Both the position numbers and the translations under genes were made by a program. This document shows, piece by piece, positions 9,823-20,031 of a DNA stretch of 64,000 bases. Below the pieces are notes generated by a model that saw only the letters and a list, made by a program, of their open reading frames with translations, did not search any database and was not told where the DNA came from. Numbering within the stretch: the first letter of the stretch is position 1; each line of letters starts with the position of its first letter. Location: positions 32,001 to 96,000 of the forward strand of contig JBHIAH010000003.1 of NCBI GenBank assembly GCA_046758505.1, written 5' to 3'. The stretch comes from Candidatus Methylomirabilales bacterium (GTDB lineage Bacteria > Methylomirabilota > Methylomirabilia > Methylomirabilales > CSP1-5).

Positions 9823-10820
9823 AGGCGCTGGTGACCGGAGCGACCGGCTTCGTCGGGGCAAACCTCATCCGGGAGCTTCTCAAAGACGGCACAGCCGTGC
9901 GAGCCCTGGTGCGCGCCGGAAGTCCACGCACCACCCTCGAGGGGCTCGACATCGAAACGGTCAATGGAGACCTCCAGGACCGGGACAGCCTGCGGGATGC
10001 ACTCAAGGGGTGCCGGGTTCTGTACCACGTGGCCGCCCGCTACAGCCTTGCCTCAAGGGATGCGGCCGAGATGTACCGGGCCAATGTGGAGGGGACCCGA
10101 AACATCCTGGAGGTTGCGTTGGAGCTCGGCGTCGAGCGGGCCGTCTATACCAGCACGGTGGGGGCCCTGGGGATCCCCAAGGATCACCGCCCCGGAACCG
10201 AGGAGACTCCGGTGACCCTAGCAGAGATGGTCGGCTCCTACAAGCGGTCCAAGTTCCTGGCCGAGCGGGAGGCGGAGCGGATCGGAGGCCTGGGGCTGCC
10301 GGTGGTCATCGTCAATCCCTCCACGCCGGTGGGGCCCTGGGATGTCAAGCCGACCCCGACCGGCCGGATGATCGTGGATTACCTCAAGGGGCGGATGTTC
10401 GGGTACATCCATACCGGTCTCAATCTGGTCCACGTCCGGGATGTGGCGCGGGGCCACATCCTGGCAGCCCGGAAAGGGCGGGTCGGGGAAAAGTATATCC
10501 TGGGAAACCAGAATCTCACGCTGCGCGAGATCTTTAGGATGCTCGAGCAGATCTCCGGAGTCCCCGCCCCGCGCTTCAGGATCCCCTATCCGGTTGCCCT
10601 CGTGGCCGCGGGCGCCTCCGAGGGGTACGCCCGGTTGCGCCGGCAGGAACCGCAGATCCCATGGACTGGGGTCCGCATGGCGCGCAAGATGATGTTCTTT
10701 AACCCTGCGAAGGCCGTCCGCGAACTGCAGTTCCCCCAGACGCCGGTCGCCGAGGCGCTCCGAGAGGCCGTCGACTGGTACTGGGCCCGCGGATACGCTC
10801 CCCGCCCGAAGGGGGCCTAG
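9819..10820 (+). CDS. hpnA: Hopanoid-associated NAD-dependent epimerase/dehydratase
   Basis: MKALVTGATGFVG start at ATGA overlap; YKRSK; NPSTPVGPWDVKPTPTG. Confidence 0.92.
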   Translation: MKALVTGATGFVGANLIRELLKDGTAVRALVRAGSPRTTLEGLDIETVNGDLQDRDSLRDALKGCRVLYHVAARYSLASRDAAEMYRANVEGTRNILEVALELGVERAVYTSTVGALGIPKDHRPGTEETPVTLAEMVGSYKRSKFLAEREAERIGGLGLPVVIVNPSTPVGPWDVKPTPTGRMIVDYLKGRMFGYIHTGLNLVHVRDVARGHILAARKGRVGEKYILGNQNLTLREIFRMLEQISGVPAPRFRIPYPVALVAAGASEGYARLRRQEPQIPWTGVRMARKMMFFNPAKAVRELQFPQTPVAEALREAVDWYWARGYAPRPKGA

Positions 10821-10842
10821 CCTTGCAAGAACAAGAAGAGGC

Positions 10843-10871
10843 TTGGTAGAGTGCCAAAGGCCGCCTATAAT
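10843..10871 (+). promoter_or_regulatory. Candidate sigma70 promoter for ispA-hpnD
   Basis: TTGGTA-N17-TATAAT upstream of GTG 10900. Confidence 0.45.
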
Positions 10872-10899
10872 CCAAGCGATCAACCATGAGGGGGGAGAC

Positions 10900-11790
10900 G
10901 TGGACCTGAAGGCGTATCTCGAAGAGCGACGGGCCGTGGTAGAGGCCGGCCTGAAGCGCTACATCCCGGGGGAGGAAACGATGCCCCCCGAGCTTCACCG
11001 GGCCATGCACTACAGCTTGTTCGCCGGGGGGAAGCGCCTGCGGCCGACCCTGACGATCGCCGCCGCGGAGGCGGTCGGCGGGGTCGCCGAAGCGGTGCTG
11101 CCCGTCGCGTGCGCCTTCGAATACATCCACACCTACTCCCTGGTTCACGACGACCTCCCGGCCATGGATGATGACGATCTGCGGCGGGGTCGCCCCACCT
11201 GTCACAAGGTCTTTGGCGAGGCCATGGCCATCCTGGCAGGCGATGCCCTCCTCACGGAGGCCTTTGTGCTCCTCGCGAATCCCGCGCACGTCGGCCACCT
11301 CGATCCGAGGCTCCTCCGGACGGTGATCCACGAGATCGCCCATGCCGCCGGGTCGCAGGGCATGGTGGGGGGACAGGCGGTGGACATCCTCTCCGAGGGG
11401 AAGGCCGTCGAGCTGTCCCTCCTGCATTACATCCATACCCACAAGACCGGGGCCCTGATCCTGTGTGCCCTGCGGGCGGGAGCCCACCTAGGCGGTGCCA
11501 CCGCGGAAGCACTCGACGCCGTCACGCGATACGGGAAGGCGGCCGGACTCGCCTTTCAGATCGCCGACGACATCCTGGACATCGAAGGCGAAGAGGCGCT
11601 GCGGGGAAAGAAGGTGGGCGGCGATGCGAGCCGCGGCAAGGCCACCTATCCGGCGCTGGTGGGACTTGCGGAGGCCAAACGGGAAGCGCAGCGGCTCGTC
11701 CGCGAGGCACTGGACGCCATCGCCTCGTTCGATCACCACGCCGATCCCCTCCGGGAGATTGCCCGCTTTATCATCTCGCGAAAGGCGTAA
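10900..11790 (+). CDS. ispA: Farnesyl/geranylgeranyl diphosphate synthase
   Basis: GGKRLRP, HDDLPAMDDDDLRRG, KTGAL, FQIADDILD; GTG start with RBS. Confidence 0.95.
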   Translation: MDLKAYLEERRAVVEAGLKRYIPGEETMPPELHRAMHYSLFAGGKRLRPTLTIAAAEAVGGVAEAVLPVACAFEYIHTYSLVHDDLPAMDDDDLRRGRPTCHKVFGEAMAILAGDALLTEAFVLLANPAHVGHLDPRLLRTVIHEIAHAAGSQGMVGGQAVDILSEGKAVELSLLHYIHTHKTGALILCALRAGAHLGGATAEALDAVTRYGKAAGLAFQIADDILDIEGEEALRGKKVGGDASRGKATYPALVGLAEAKREAQRLVREALDAIASFDHHADPLREIARFIISRKA

Positions 11791-11793
11791 GGC

Positions 11794-12660
11794 ATGCCCG
11801 AGGCCGTGGCCACCCTGGTCAAGAAGAGTCAATCCAGCTTCTACTACTCCTTTCTGTTTCTGCCCCGGCCGAAGCGAGAGGCGATCTATGCCGTGTACGC
11901 GCTCTCCCGCTCGGTAGACGATATCGCCGACGACCCCGGTGATGTGGCGGAAAAAGCCGAGCGCCTGAAGGCCTGGCGAGAGGAGCTGGACCGGTGCTAC
12001 GCGGGACGGCCAACGCATCCCATCACCACACAGCTCCGGGACTGTCTCGACCGCTACCCGGTCCCCCAGCGCTACTTCGAGGAGCTGCTCGCCGGGGTGG
12101 AGATGGACCTCACCATCTCTCGATACTCCACCTTCGCCGACCTCCACCGCTACTGCTATCGCGTGGCCTCCGTCGTGGGACTGATCTGCATCGAGATATT
12201 CGGCTACCGCCACGAGACGACGAAGGCGTACGCGGTCAACCTCGGTCTGGCCCTGCAGCTCACCAACATCCTCCGGGATCTGAAAACGGACGGCCGGCGT
12301 GGGCGCATCTACCTCCCCCAGGAAGATCTCCAGCGCTTCGAATACCGCGAGGACGATCTCCTGAACGGCCGGTATACTCCCGCCTTCTTCTCCCTCATGC
12401 GCTTTGAGGCGGACCGCGCCCGCGAGTCGTTCCGACAGGCAGCAGCGAGTCTGCACCCGGAGGACCGGAAAAACATGGTGGCCGCCGAGATTATGGGACG
12501 GATCTACCGGGAGACCCTAGAGGCCATCGAGCGGAAGAACTACCGGGTCTTCGGGGACCGGATCGCCCTGTCCACGGCCCGGAAGCTCCAGCTCGCCCTC
12601 ACGACCTGGACCCAGCACCGGTTCACGGTTCAGGGTTCAGGGTTCAGGGTCAAGGGCTGA
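11794..12660 (+). CDS. hpnD: Presqualene diphosphate synthase HpnD
   Basis: SSFYYSFLFL, DDIADD, YCYRVASVVG, LQLTNILRD, GRIYLP. Confidence 0.9.
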   Translation: MPEAVATLVKKSQSSFYYSFLFLPRPKREAIYAVYALSRSVDDIADDPGDVAEKAERLKAWREELDRCYAGRPTHPITTQLRDCLDRYPVPQRYFEELLAGVEMDLTISRYSTFADLHRYCYRVASVVGLICIEIFGYRHETTKAYAVNLGLALQLTNILRDLKTDGRRGRIYLPQEDLQRFEYREDDLLNGRYTPAFFSLMRFEADRARESFRQAAASLHPEDRKNMVAAEIMGRIYRETLEAIERKNYRVFGDRIALSTARKLQLALTTWTQHRFTVQGSGFRVKG

Positions 12661-12812
12661 GGTTCAAAACCTAAAAATGGCGGCCGGCTTCTTACCATGA
12701 ACTACGAACTATGAACCCTGAACCGAGCCGGCGGTCATCGGTCGTCGGACTTAGGCGAGCTCCCTTCGGGGCTGAGCCTCAGGGTCGAAGACAGTCGAGC
12801 CGTCATCGGTCA
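12623..12812. repeat. Heptamer tandem repeats (GGTTCAG/TGAACC, CGGTCRT) plus REP-like palindrome CTTCGGGGCTGAGCCTCAGGGTCGAAG
   Basis: Read directly from the sequence; first units overlap the hpnD 3' end. Confidence 0.8.
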
Positions 12813-12848
12813 CCTTGGAAGGCGGACATCGTGAGCCGGATACCAAAA

Positions 12849-13880
12849 ATGATGCAGGGGGCGGTCTATCGGGGGAATGGGCAGATTCGCCTGGAATCGC
12901 TCCCCGTCCCGACGATCGGCCCTGGGGAGCTCCTGGTCAGGGTCACGGGGTGCGGACTGTGCGCGACCGACGTGGGCAAGGTCGATCACGCCCTGGTCAC
13001 GCCGCCCGCCGTCCTCGGACACGAGGTCGCAGGCACAGTGGCGGCCCTGGGCGACGGGGTACAGGGACGGACGATCGGCGAGCGGGTGGTGGTCTCCCAC
13101 CATGTCCCCTGCTACGCCTGCCATTACTGCAAACATGGCAATTTTTCCATGTGCCGCACCTTCAAAGCCTCCCATATCGACCCGGGAGGCTTCGCCGAGT
13201 ACATTCGGGTCCCGGCCCTGAATGTCCAATACGCCACCTTTCCGATCCCGCCCCATCTCGAGGACGAAGAGGCGGCCTTCACCGAACCCCTCGCCTGCTG
13301 CCTCCGGGCGGTCAAGCGGCTGTCTCCCCTTCTCCACGACACGGTCCTCCTGTTCGGATTGGGCTCGATCGGCCTCATGCTCCTCCAGGTCCTGAAGCTC
13401 TATCGGGCCCGGGTCATCGGCCTGGATCTTCTGCCGGATCGCCTGGAGGCTGCGAACACCCTGGGGGCGGACCTGACCCTCAACCCGGGACGGGCAGATG
13501 TGGCCCAGGCGGCGCGGGATGTCACCGACGGCCGTGGTGCCGATGGGGCCATCTTGACGGCGGGGGGGCCGCGGGCCTTTGCACAGGCGATCGAGGCCCT
13601 CAGGGATGGCGGTGTCCTCATGCTGTTTGCCTCGGACCCGAGCCGCCCCGTGGTGGATCTGGATACCCACCGGCTCTTTCACCGGGAACTTAGCATTGTG
13701 AGCAGCTACTCCCCTTCCAGCATCGAGCTTCGGGAGGCCCTCACCCTTCTCGGCGACCGATCCGTCTTGGTCAAGGCCCTGCTCACCCATCGGGTGCCTC
13801 TTGCCGAGCTCGAGCGCGGCATGCGTTTGTTCCGGGAGAGGGAAGCCCTCAAGGTCTTCGTCGCGATGGAGAAAGAATGA
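12849..13880 (+). CDS. Zn-dependent alcohol/polyol dehydrogenase (MDR)
   Basis: CGLCATD, GHE, CYACHYC-x7-C, GLGSIG; start estimated. Confidence 0.9.
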   Translation: MMQGAVYRGNGQIRLESLPVPTIGPGELLVRVTGCGLCATDVGKVDHALVTPPAVLGHEVAGTVAALGDGVQGRTIGERVVVSHHVPCYACHYCKHGNFSMCRTFKASHIDPGGFAEYIRVPALNVQYATFPIPPHLEDEEAAFTEPLACCLRAVKRLSPLLHDTVLLFGLGSIGLMLLQVLKLYRARVIGLDLLPDRLEAANTLGADLTLNPGRADVAQAARDVTDGRGADGAILTAGGPRAFAQAIEALRDGGVLMLFASDPSRPVVDLDTHRLFHRELSIVSSYSPSSIELREALTLLGDRSVLVKALLTHRVPLAELERGMRLFREREALKVFVAMEKE

Positions 13881-14905
13881 AGGCGGTCATGTTCTACCGC
13901 CCCGGGGATATCCGGGTTGAGGACGTTGCCACGCCGACGCCCGCACCCGGAGAGGTCCTGGTCCGGATCGGGGCAGCACTGACCTGCGGAACGGACCTCA
14001 AGACGTATCGCCGGGGCCACCCCGTGATGATCAAGAAGACCCCCGCGCTCTTCGGCCACGAGTGGGCCGGGACGGTCGAGGCGGTGGGGGAGGGAGTCGC
14101 GCACGTGCAGGTGGGGGATCGGGTGGTCGGGGCCAACTCCGCCCCGTGCCACCGCTGCTTTCCCTGCCGGATCGGACGGCTCAACCTCTGTGAGGACCTT
14201 CAATTCTTGAACGGCGCCTATGCCGAGTACCTCCGCGTCCCGAGCCGCATCGTCGAGCAGAATCTCCTCCCCCTCCCGGCGCATCTCGGCTTCGCCCAGG
14301 CCGCCCTCCTCGAGCCGTTAGCCTGCGCCCTTTACGGGATCGAGCGCTCCGGAGTCAGGCTCGGGCAGACCCTCTGCATCTTCGGGACCGGACCGATGGG
14401 CTTGCTCCTTACCCAGTTGGCGAAGAGGCAGGGGGTCAGGGTCATCATGGTCGGGAAGGGGGAGTTTCGGTTGGGCAAAGCCGCCGAGGCGGGTGCCGAT
14501 GCAATCCTCGATGCGGCCCGGGGCGAGAAGGTGATCGCCGAGGTCCGGCGTTTAAGCCCCGAGGGCCGTGGTGCCGACGTCACCATCGAGGCCACGGGGA
14601 GACCCGAGGTGTGGGAACAGGCCGTCGAGGCGACGCGCAAGGCGGGAACCGTGGTCCTCTTCGGGGGCTGCGAGCCGGGGACGAGCTTTCGGGTGGATAC
14701 GCGGCGGATGCACTACGAGGAGCTCGTGCTCCTCGGCGTCTTTCACCACACCCCCCGGCACATCCGCGAGGCCCTGAGCCTCCTTGACCAGGGGTTGGTG
14801 GATGCTCCCCTGTTGCTGACGCACCAGATGGCCCTCTCTTCGCTCCCCGAGGCCTTCGAGCTCCTGGCCCGGGGAGAGGCCATCAAGGTCATCCTAACAC
14901 CTTGA
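13877..14905 (+). CDS. Zn-dependent alcohol/polyol dehydrogenase (MDR), paralog
   Basis: TCGTD, GHE, CHRCFPC-x7-C, GTGPMG; ATGA-coupled to previous gene. Confidence 0.9.
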   Translation: MKAVMFYRPGDIRVEDVATPTPAPGEVLVRIGAALTCGTDLKTYRRGHPVMIKKTPALFGHEWAGTVEAVGEGVAHVQVGDRVVGANSAPCHRCFPCRIGRLNLCEDLQFLNGAYAEYLRVPSRIVEQNLLPLPAHLGFAQAALLEPLACALYGIERSGVRLGQTLCIFGTGPMGLLLTQLAKRQGVRVIMVGKGEFRLGKAAEAGADAILDAARGEKVIAEVRRLSPEGRGADVTIEATGRPEVWEQAVEATRKAGTVVLFGGCEPGTSFRVDTRRMHYEELVLLGVFHHTPRHIREALSLLDQGLVDAPLLLTHQMALSSLPEAFELLARGEAIKVILTP

Positions 14906-15869
14906 GGGATCGAGCGCCCCTGCTCTCTTCCGGAAGATCCCGCTGAATCTCGGGCGGCAGGGCAAAGACCACATCCTCCCTGATGCCGTCCAGCTCCTTC
15001 ACCCCGCTCACACCCATCCGGTGGAAATAGTCGACCGCTTCCCGAACCAGATGCTCGGGGGCCGAGGCGCCCGCCGTAATGCCCACCGTCTGGACGCCCT
15101 CGAGCCACCCGGGTTCGATTTGGGAGACATCATCGATGAGATAAGCCCGCACCCCCACCGCCTCGGCCACCTCGACGAGCCGGTTCGAGTTCGAGCTGTT
15201 GGTCGAGCCGATGACGAGGAGCAGATCCACCACGCCGGTCATCTCTTTGACGGCCATCTGGCGATTCTGGGTGGCGTAGCAGATGTCATCCTTGGGCGGA
15301 AAGACGGCGGTCGGGAAACGCCGCCTTAGCACCGCGATGACCTCTCGCGTGTCGTCGATGCTCAACGTGGTCTGGGTGATGACCGCAACCCGATCCGGCT
15401 CCGGGATCTGCACCGCTTCCGCCTCCTCCACCGAACCGACCAGGAGCATCCGACCGGGGACATGGCCCATGGTGCCGATCACCTCGTCGTGGCCGGCATG
15501 TCCCACCAGAATAATCCATCGCCCCTGTCGGGCAAATTTCAGGGCCTCGTGATGGACCTTGGTGACCAGCGGGCACGTGGCGTCGATGACCTGCAGTTGC
15601 TTGGCTGCCGCCTGGGCCCGGACCGCCGGGGAAATCCCGTGTGCACTGAAGATGACCCGGGCACCATCGGGCACCTCTTCCAGGTCATCCACAAACACCG
15701 CCCCGCGGCCGCGCAGCTCCTCGACCACGTGGGCGTTATGGACGATCTCCTTCCGGACATACACCGGGGTGCCGTACAGCTCCAAGGCGAGATTCACGAT
15801 ATCGATTGCCCGGTCCACACCCGCGCAGAACCCGCGCGGCGCCGCCAAGATCACTCGTGTGAGACCCAT
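14889..15869 (-). CDS. ispH: 4-hydroxy-3-methylbut-2-enyl diphosphate reductase
   Basis: PRGFCAGVDRA, DATCPLVTKVH, DICYATQNRQ, TAGASAP. Confidence 0.96.
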   Translation of the reverse strand: MGLTRVILAAPRGFCAGVDRAIDIVNLALELYGTPVYVRKEIVHNAHVVEELRGRGAVFVDDLEEVPDGARVIFSAHGISPAVRAQAAAKQLQVIDATCPLVTKVHHEALKFARQGRWIILVGHAGHDEVIGTMGHVPGRMLLVGSVEEAEAVQIPEPDRVAVITQTTLSIDDTREVIAVLRRRFPTAVFPPKDDICYATQNRQMAVKEMTGVVDLLLVIGSTNSSNSNRLVEVAEAVGVRAYLIDDVSQIEPGWLEGVQTVGITAGASAPEHLVREAVDYFHRMGVSGVKELDGIREDVVFALPPEIQRDLPEESRGARSLKVLG

Positions 15870-15888
15870 ACATCCCCCCGTGATATGG

Positions 15889-16416
15889 TCAGCCCGCCTT
15901 CTCCAGGGCCTTGACCAGCTCCCGGCAGAACGCGGGAAGATCGTCTGGCTTTCGAGAGGTGATGAGGTTGCCATCCACCACCACCTCCTGGTCTACAAAG
16001 CGCGCCCCGGCATTCACCATATCGTCCCTGATGGAGAAAAAGCCGGTGACCGTCTTACCCCGGAGGATCCCCGCCGAGCAGAGGACCCAGCCGGCATGAC
16101 AGATGGCCGCCACCACCCTGCCCGCCTCAAAGGCCTCCCTGACCAGGCGGACCATGGCCGCCGAACGTCGCATCAGGTCGGGCGCATAGCCTCCGGGAAT
16201 GACCAGCGCATCAAAATCGGTCCCCGTGACCTCGTCGGCGGGCGCATCCACCGTGACCGGATAGCCATGTTTGCTGGTGACCGTCTTTGCCGCTGCTGTC
16301 CCGATGATCCTGACCGTCCCCCCTTCTTCCGTGAGCCGATAGTAGGGGACCCACAGCTCCATCTCCTGATAGAGGTTTTCGGCCAGGATCGCAATCCGCT
16401 TGCCCTGGAGCCGCAT
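15889..16416 (-). CDS. PfpI/DJ-1 family protein (type 1 glutamine amidotransferase-like)
   Basis: IPGGYAPD, AAICHAGW, VVVDGNLITSR. Confidence 0.93.
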   Translation of the reverse strand: MRLQGKRIAILAENLYQEMELWVPYYRLTEEGGTVRIIGTAAAKTVTSKHGYPVTVDAPADEVTGTDFDALVIPGGYAPDLMRRSAAMVRLVREAFEAGRVVAAICHAGWVLCSAGILRGKTVTGFFSIRDDMVNAGARFVDQEVVVDGNLITSRKPDDLPAFCRELVKALEKAG

Positions 16417-16538
16417 TCTCGCTTTCCTCCCCCCCAGGAATCTGCTACGTATGTTAGACTGAGTCTAGCCGAGCCCCCCGGCAACGTCAAGTGCTTTCGG
16501 GGAGGGGCCTTAGACCCTGCGTCGCACAGGAGAGGACC

Positions 16539-16832
16539 GTGGACGTTGGCTTTCTCCGAGCGTCAGAGGGCTTATCCCGTATCCGGGTCTTCGGGTTCTG
16601 GCCGGCGGCCCAGGACCCCTTTGCCGATCACTTCACCATCTGGGTTCACGAGTTTCTCGGCGATGATCTCGAGGGAGAATCCCGCTTCCGCGCCGTCCCC
16701 ATGGCCGGGCTCAAGCCGGCCAACCTGGAGTTTCACGGGGAAGGTCGAACGCTTGAAGAGGCGCTGGCCAAGGCGATTAGCCCGATGCGGGGCAAATCGA
16801 TGAAAGAGATCTTCTTCCCGCCGGCGGAGTGA
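16539..16832 (+). CDS. Hypothetical protein
   Basis: GTG start with AGGAGAGG RBS; protein-like composition. Confidence 0.55.
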   Translation: MDVGFLRASEGLSRIRVFGFWPAAQDPFADHFTIWVHEFLGDDLEGESRFRAVPMAGLKPANLEFHGEGRTLEEALAKAISPMRGKSMKEIFFPPAE

Positions 16833-17027
16833 CCCGCCGCCATCCAACGGCTGGAGCCGGCAGCCGTGCCTCGCTGACCGATGAAGGCAAGAACGACGGT
16901 GTCTTTGCGGTCATCGGTCGGCGGTCGTCGGTCCCACCCCACGCTGTATGCCCCGGGTCGTGCGTTCTTCGGCGTCATCCACGCGTACAACCGTTCCGTA
17001 TCTTCCCGCCGACCGCTTCCTCTCTTC

Positions 17028-17522
17028 CTAGTCCGCTCCCCGTGCGCCCAACTGCTTATCCAACATCAACAGCGCGGCGGGCTGGTCTCCGATCATCGTT
17101 AGCTGCTCCACAATGTCGCCGGCCGTTCGCTCTTCCTCGACCTGCTCGGTGATGAACCACTGGAGCATCACCTGGGTCGCGTAGTCATTCTCTTTGGCCG
17201 CCAGCTCGTACAGGTGGTGGATCATGCCGGTCACCTTCCGCTCGTGCTCCAACGCCTGCTGGAACACATCCACCGCCGACTTGAACTGTGCAGGCGGTTG
17301 CTCCACGGCCTGGAGGACGACGCGGGCCCCCCGCCCTTGGATAAAGTCGAACAGCTTCATCGCGTGCGACGCTTCCTCCTCGCTCTGCACGCGCATCCAC
17401 CGCGCACAGCCCTGCAGGTGAACCGTCTCGAAGTGGGCCGCCATCGAGAGGTACAGATACGCGGAGTAAAACTCATGCTTGATCTGGGTATTGATCGCAT
17501 CCTGGAGCGCCTTGCTCAACAT
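17028..17522 (-). CDS. ftnA: Non-haem ferritin
   Basis: EFYSAYLYLSMA, EEASHAMK, LQWFITEQVEEE. Confidence 0.93.
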   Translation of the reverse strand: MLSKALQDAINTQIKHEFYSAYLYLSMAAHFETVHLQGCARWMRVQSEEEASHAMKLFDFIQGRGARVVLQAVEQPPAQFKSAVDVFQQALEHERKVTGMIHHLYELAAKENDYATQVMLQWFITEQVEEERTAGDIVEQLTMIGDQPAALLMLDKQLGARGAD

Positions 17523-17596
17523 GGGTATTCCTCTCCTTTCCGTGAAAGAGGTTTCGTGCGTCCTGGCTAGGTCCGCTGTCGGGTGCGCCGTCCCCT

Positions 17597-17706
17597 CATT
17601 TCAAATTTTCGATGTCGGATTTCGAATTGAAAGCCAGCCGTACTCTTGCCCAATCCTAAATGCGCAATCCCCGATCCGAAATTCGCGGAGCTGATTGCTA
17701 ACAGCT
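17597..17706. repeat. Intergenic heptamer hairpin repeat (TTCGRAT/ATYCGAA family)
   Basis: CGGATTTCGAATT ... ATCCGAAATTCG inverted arms; similar units at 32137, 33988, 37895, 49576. Confidence 0.7.
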
Positions 17707-17718
17707 TCCCCCGCCGAC

Positions 17719-18609
17719 CTACGAGGGGGGAACCACCTGCAACAGCAGAAAGGCCTGGGCCTCCTTGGAGAGAGGGTACGGCACCAGTCCCACGGGACCT
17801 AGCCACGTGTTGTACAAGGCAATATACTTCCGACTCTCGATCGCCTCCATCAAGGTGTGATTCACGAGATCCCGAAATCGCGAGTCATTTTCCCGCATGG
17901 CAAAGGCGTAAGGCTCATAGCTGATGGGGTCGCCCACGATCCGCCAGGCGGCCGGATCCCCCGCGGTGACCTTTAGGCCGGCCAGGACAACCCCGTCGTT
18001 GGTATAGGCATCGATCGTGCCGGCCTGGAGCGCCTGGAACCCCCGGGAGGCACTATCGTACAACACCAGGCGCGCCCGAGGCTCCAGCTTCTGAATGGTG
18101 TCCGCATTTGTCGTCCCTCGGTCCGCGCCCACTCGCTTTCCCACCAGATTCGCATGGCTCTGAATCCGGCTGTCGCCCCGGACCAGCAGTTGTTGGCCCG
18201 TGACGAACACCGTGATGGAAAAATCCACCAGTCGGTCGCGCTCACGGGTATTGGTCATGACTTCCGCGATCATGTCCACCGTCCCGTCCCGGAGCCGGGG
18301 AATCCGCGTGGCAGGGGTGACCCGGACGAACTTTAACTCGACCAGGTGCCCCAGCTCCCGCTCCACCCGCTGGCGGACCATCCGGGCCAGGGCGACCGAA
18401 AATCCCTGCCACTCGCCCCGATTATTCCGAACGGAAAAGGGAATGGCATCCGGCTGGGTGCCGACCGTGAAAACGCCCGTTCGTGCAATCCTTGTCAGGG
18501 TCGGCTCGTCGCGAGACGACCGTGGCTCTTCCCCGCCAGGCCTGGCACTGGCACACGAGGAGAGTCCCAGCGCCACGCCTACCGCCAAGACCCATGTCCA
18601 TCGCCACAT
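17719..18609 (-). CDS. Amino-acid ABC transporter substrate-binding lipoprotein (GltI-like), no permease nearby
   Basis: Lipobox LSSC; RIPRLRDGTVD, ERDRLVDFS, EPYAFAMREND. Confidence 0.88.
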   Translation of the reverse strand: MWRWTWVLAVGVALGLSSCASARPGGEEPRSSRDEPTLTRIARTGVFTVGTQPDAIPFSVRNNRGEWQGFSVALARMVRQRVERELGHLVELKFVRVTPATRIPRLRDGTVDMIAEVMTNTRERDRLVDFSITVFVTGQQLLVRGDSRIQSHANLVGKRVGADRGTTNADTIQKLEPRARLVLYDSASRGFQALQAGTIDAYTNDGVVLAGLKVTAGDPAAWRIVGDPISYEPYAFAMRENDSRFRDLVNHTLMEAIESRKYIALYNTWLGPVGLVPYPLSKEAQAFLLLQVVPPS

Positions 18610-19259
18610 GATTTCCTCCTACCCTTCTTCTGTCACTGCGCAGAAGTTGGACCCCACGGGGGCCGCCAAGGGATGACGAGTTCCTTATAACCCTACCTCC
18701 CCGAGCGGGAACAGGCCAGCACTAAATTCAATCGCATTCTGCCTCGCGAGCTGAACTTATCGCGCCTTCTCCCACACCTTTCACTCTTCAAAGCCTGCCA
18801 TTTGAAGCCTGTGGCCATCAACGGGGGGCTTGGAACGCCCACCCCTCGGCTGAAGGATCATGAGTAAGCGCCGAAGGCCTCCCTTGCTCAATTTTCAATG
18901 GCCAAAAGCCCCTATCGGGCATGCCGGACTGATCCCGGGTCAGCGCACCCGTCGGTGGCCAGTCCGCTCAGGCCCAGGGAGGATTTGGAGCTCCACCACG
19001 GTAATTGACCGAGACAACGCTTTGATACAACTTCCGCGGTACGGCAGCCAGGAAATCACACGGACACGCCAATGATCTTGCTTCAGGGGACTCGTAACAT
19101 TCCTCGATCCCAGATCAACCTATACCAATCAGTACCGAAAAGTTCTTCGGCCCCCCCGTAGGATCTGCGGGGGGTCGGAAGAGGGCTGGTCGGCGGCAAG
19201 GGCTTTCTGCAAGATTGCAATGAGGGAGAGTAAAATGCGACCACCGGCAAAACGATACA

Positions 19260-19481
19260 CTAGAGCGAGACGAGGCGGTGCTTGATGGCATACCGGATCA
19301 ATGCGGCGTTGGTGCGGAGGTCCAGGTCCGCCATCAGCCGGTACTTGTGATATTCCACCGTTCGGGGGGATATCTTCAGCAGGGCGCCGATCTCCCTGGC
19401 GGAGCGCCCCTCGGCCACCAACCGCAGCACCTCCCGTTGCCGGGGCGTGAGCTTCAGAGCTGTCTTCTGCCTTGCGCTCAT
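19260..19481 (-). CDS. Stand-alone LuxR/NarL HTH protein
   Basis: LTPRQREVLRLVAEG...ISPRTVEYHKYRLM; RBS GGAG. Confidence 0.85.
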   Translation of the reverse strand: MSARQKTALKLTPRQREVLRLVAEGRSAREIGALLKISPRTVEYHKYRLMADLDLRTNAALIRYAIKHRLVSL

Positions 19482-19615
19482 TGTCTACTCCACCAAAGCA
19501 GGTCGGATCACACCATGCCGTCTGCACCCTCTCGTGATTCTGGCGCGGAAGGGCGACTGACGCTTAAGCCGGCACGCCCAGCTCCCCACCCGCAACTCTT
19601 GCCCTGTACGCCCGT

Positions 19616-19852
19616 TTATTCGAGCTCGTCAATGCTGTATGCGATGGGGGTCCCCCACCATCCTTCACTTTTGGCCTGCTTCATTTCCGCTTGGGTCAAC
19701 GCAGGTTTCTCCCCACCGCGCAGGGAATACTGCGCATGGGTCCACGAGGCAAAGTGGGGGCCGCCTGGCGGAATCCCGGTGCTGTTCGCACAGGCGCTGA
19801 CACCTCCGGCCATGATGAGTCCCAGTATCACGAAGCCAACTTTCTTCCGCAT
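19616..19852 (-). CDS. Small lipoprotein
   Basis: MRKK + hydrophobic stretch + VSAC lipobox; RBS GAGGAGGGG. Confidence 0.7.
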   Translation of the reverse strand: MRKKVGFVILGLIMAGGVSACANSTGIPPGGPHFASWTHAQYSLRGGEKPALTQAEMKQAKSEGWWGTPIAYSIDELE

Positions 19853-19940
19853 GATCCCCCTCCTCTGTCGATCCTCCTGCGCCCTTGGGTTCGTGCAATC
19901 CCACACGACCTCAGGCTAGCTCTGGCACATCGCCCGCAGC

Positions 19941-19960
19941 AACTCGTAGAATTACGAGTT
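19941..19960. promoter_or_regulatory. Palindromic operator AACTCGTA-N4-TACGAGTT
   Basis: Perfect 8-4-8 palindrome; related copy at 20824-20843. Confidence 0.65.
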
Positions 19961-20031
19961 TTTTGGAAATCACTTACGAGGGCCTGGAAGACCCGTGAGG
20001 CCGGGCGGGCCTGGTAGGCCAAATGAGGAAC

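Noticed and set aside
5095..12660. Carotenoid pathway (cruF + crtB + crtE)
   Set aside because: The synthase looks HpnD-like, the context is hpnH/G/A/M/N, and no crtI or cyclase is in the window
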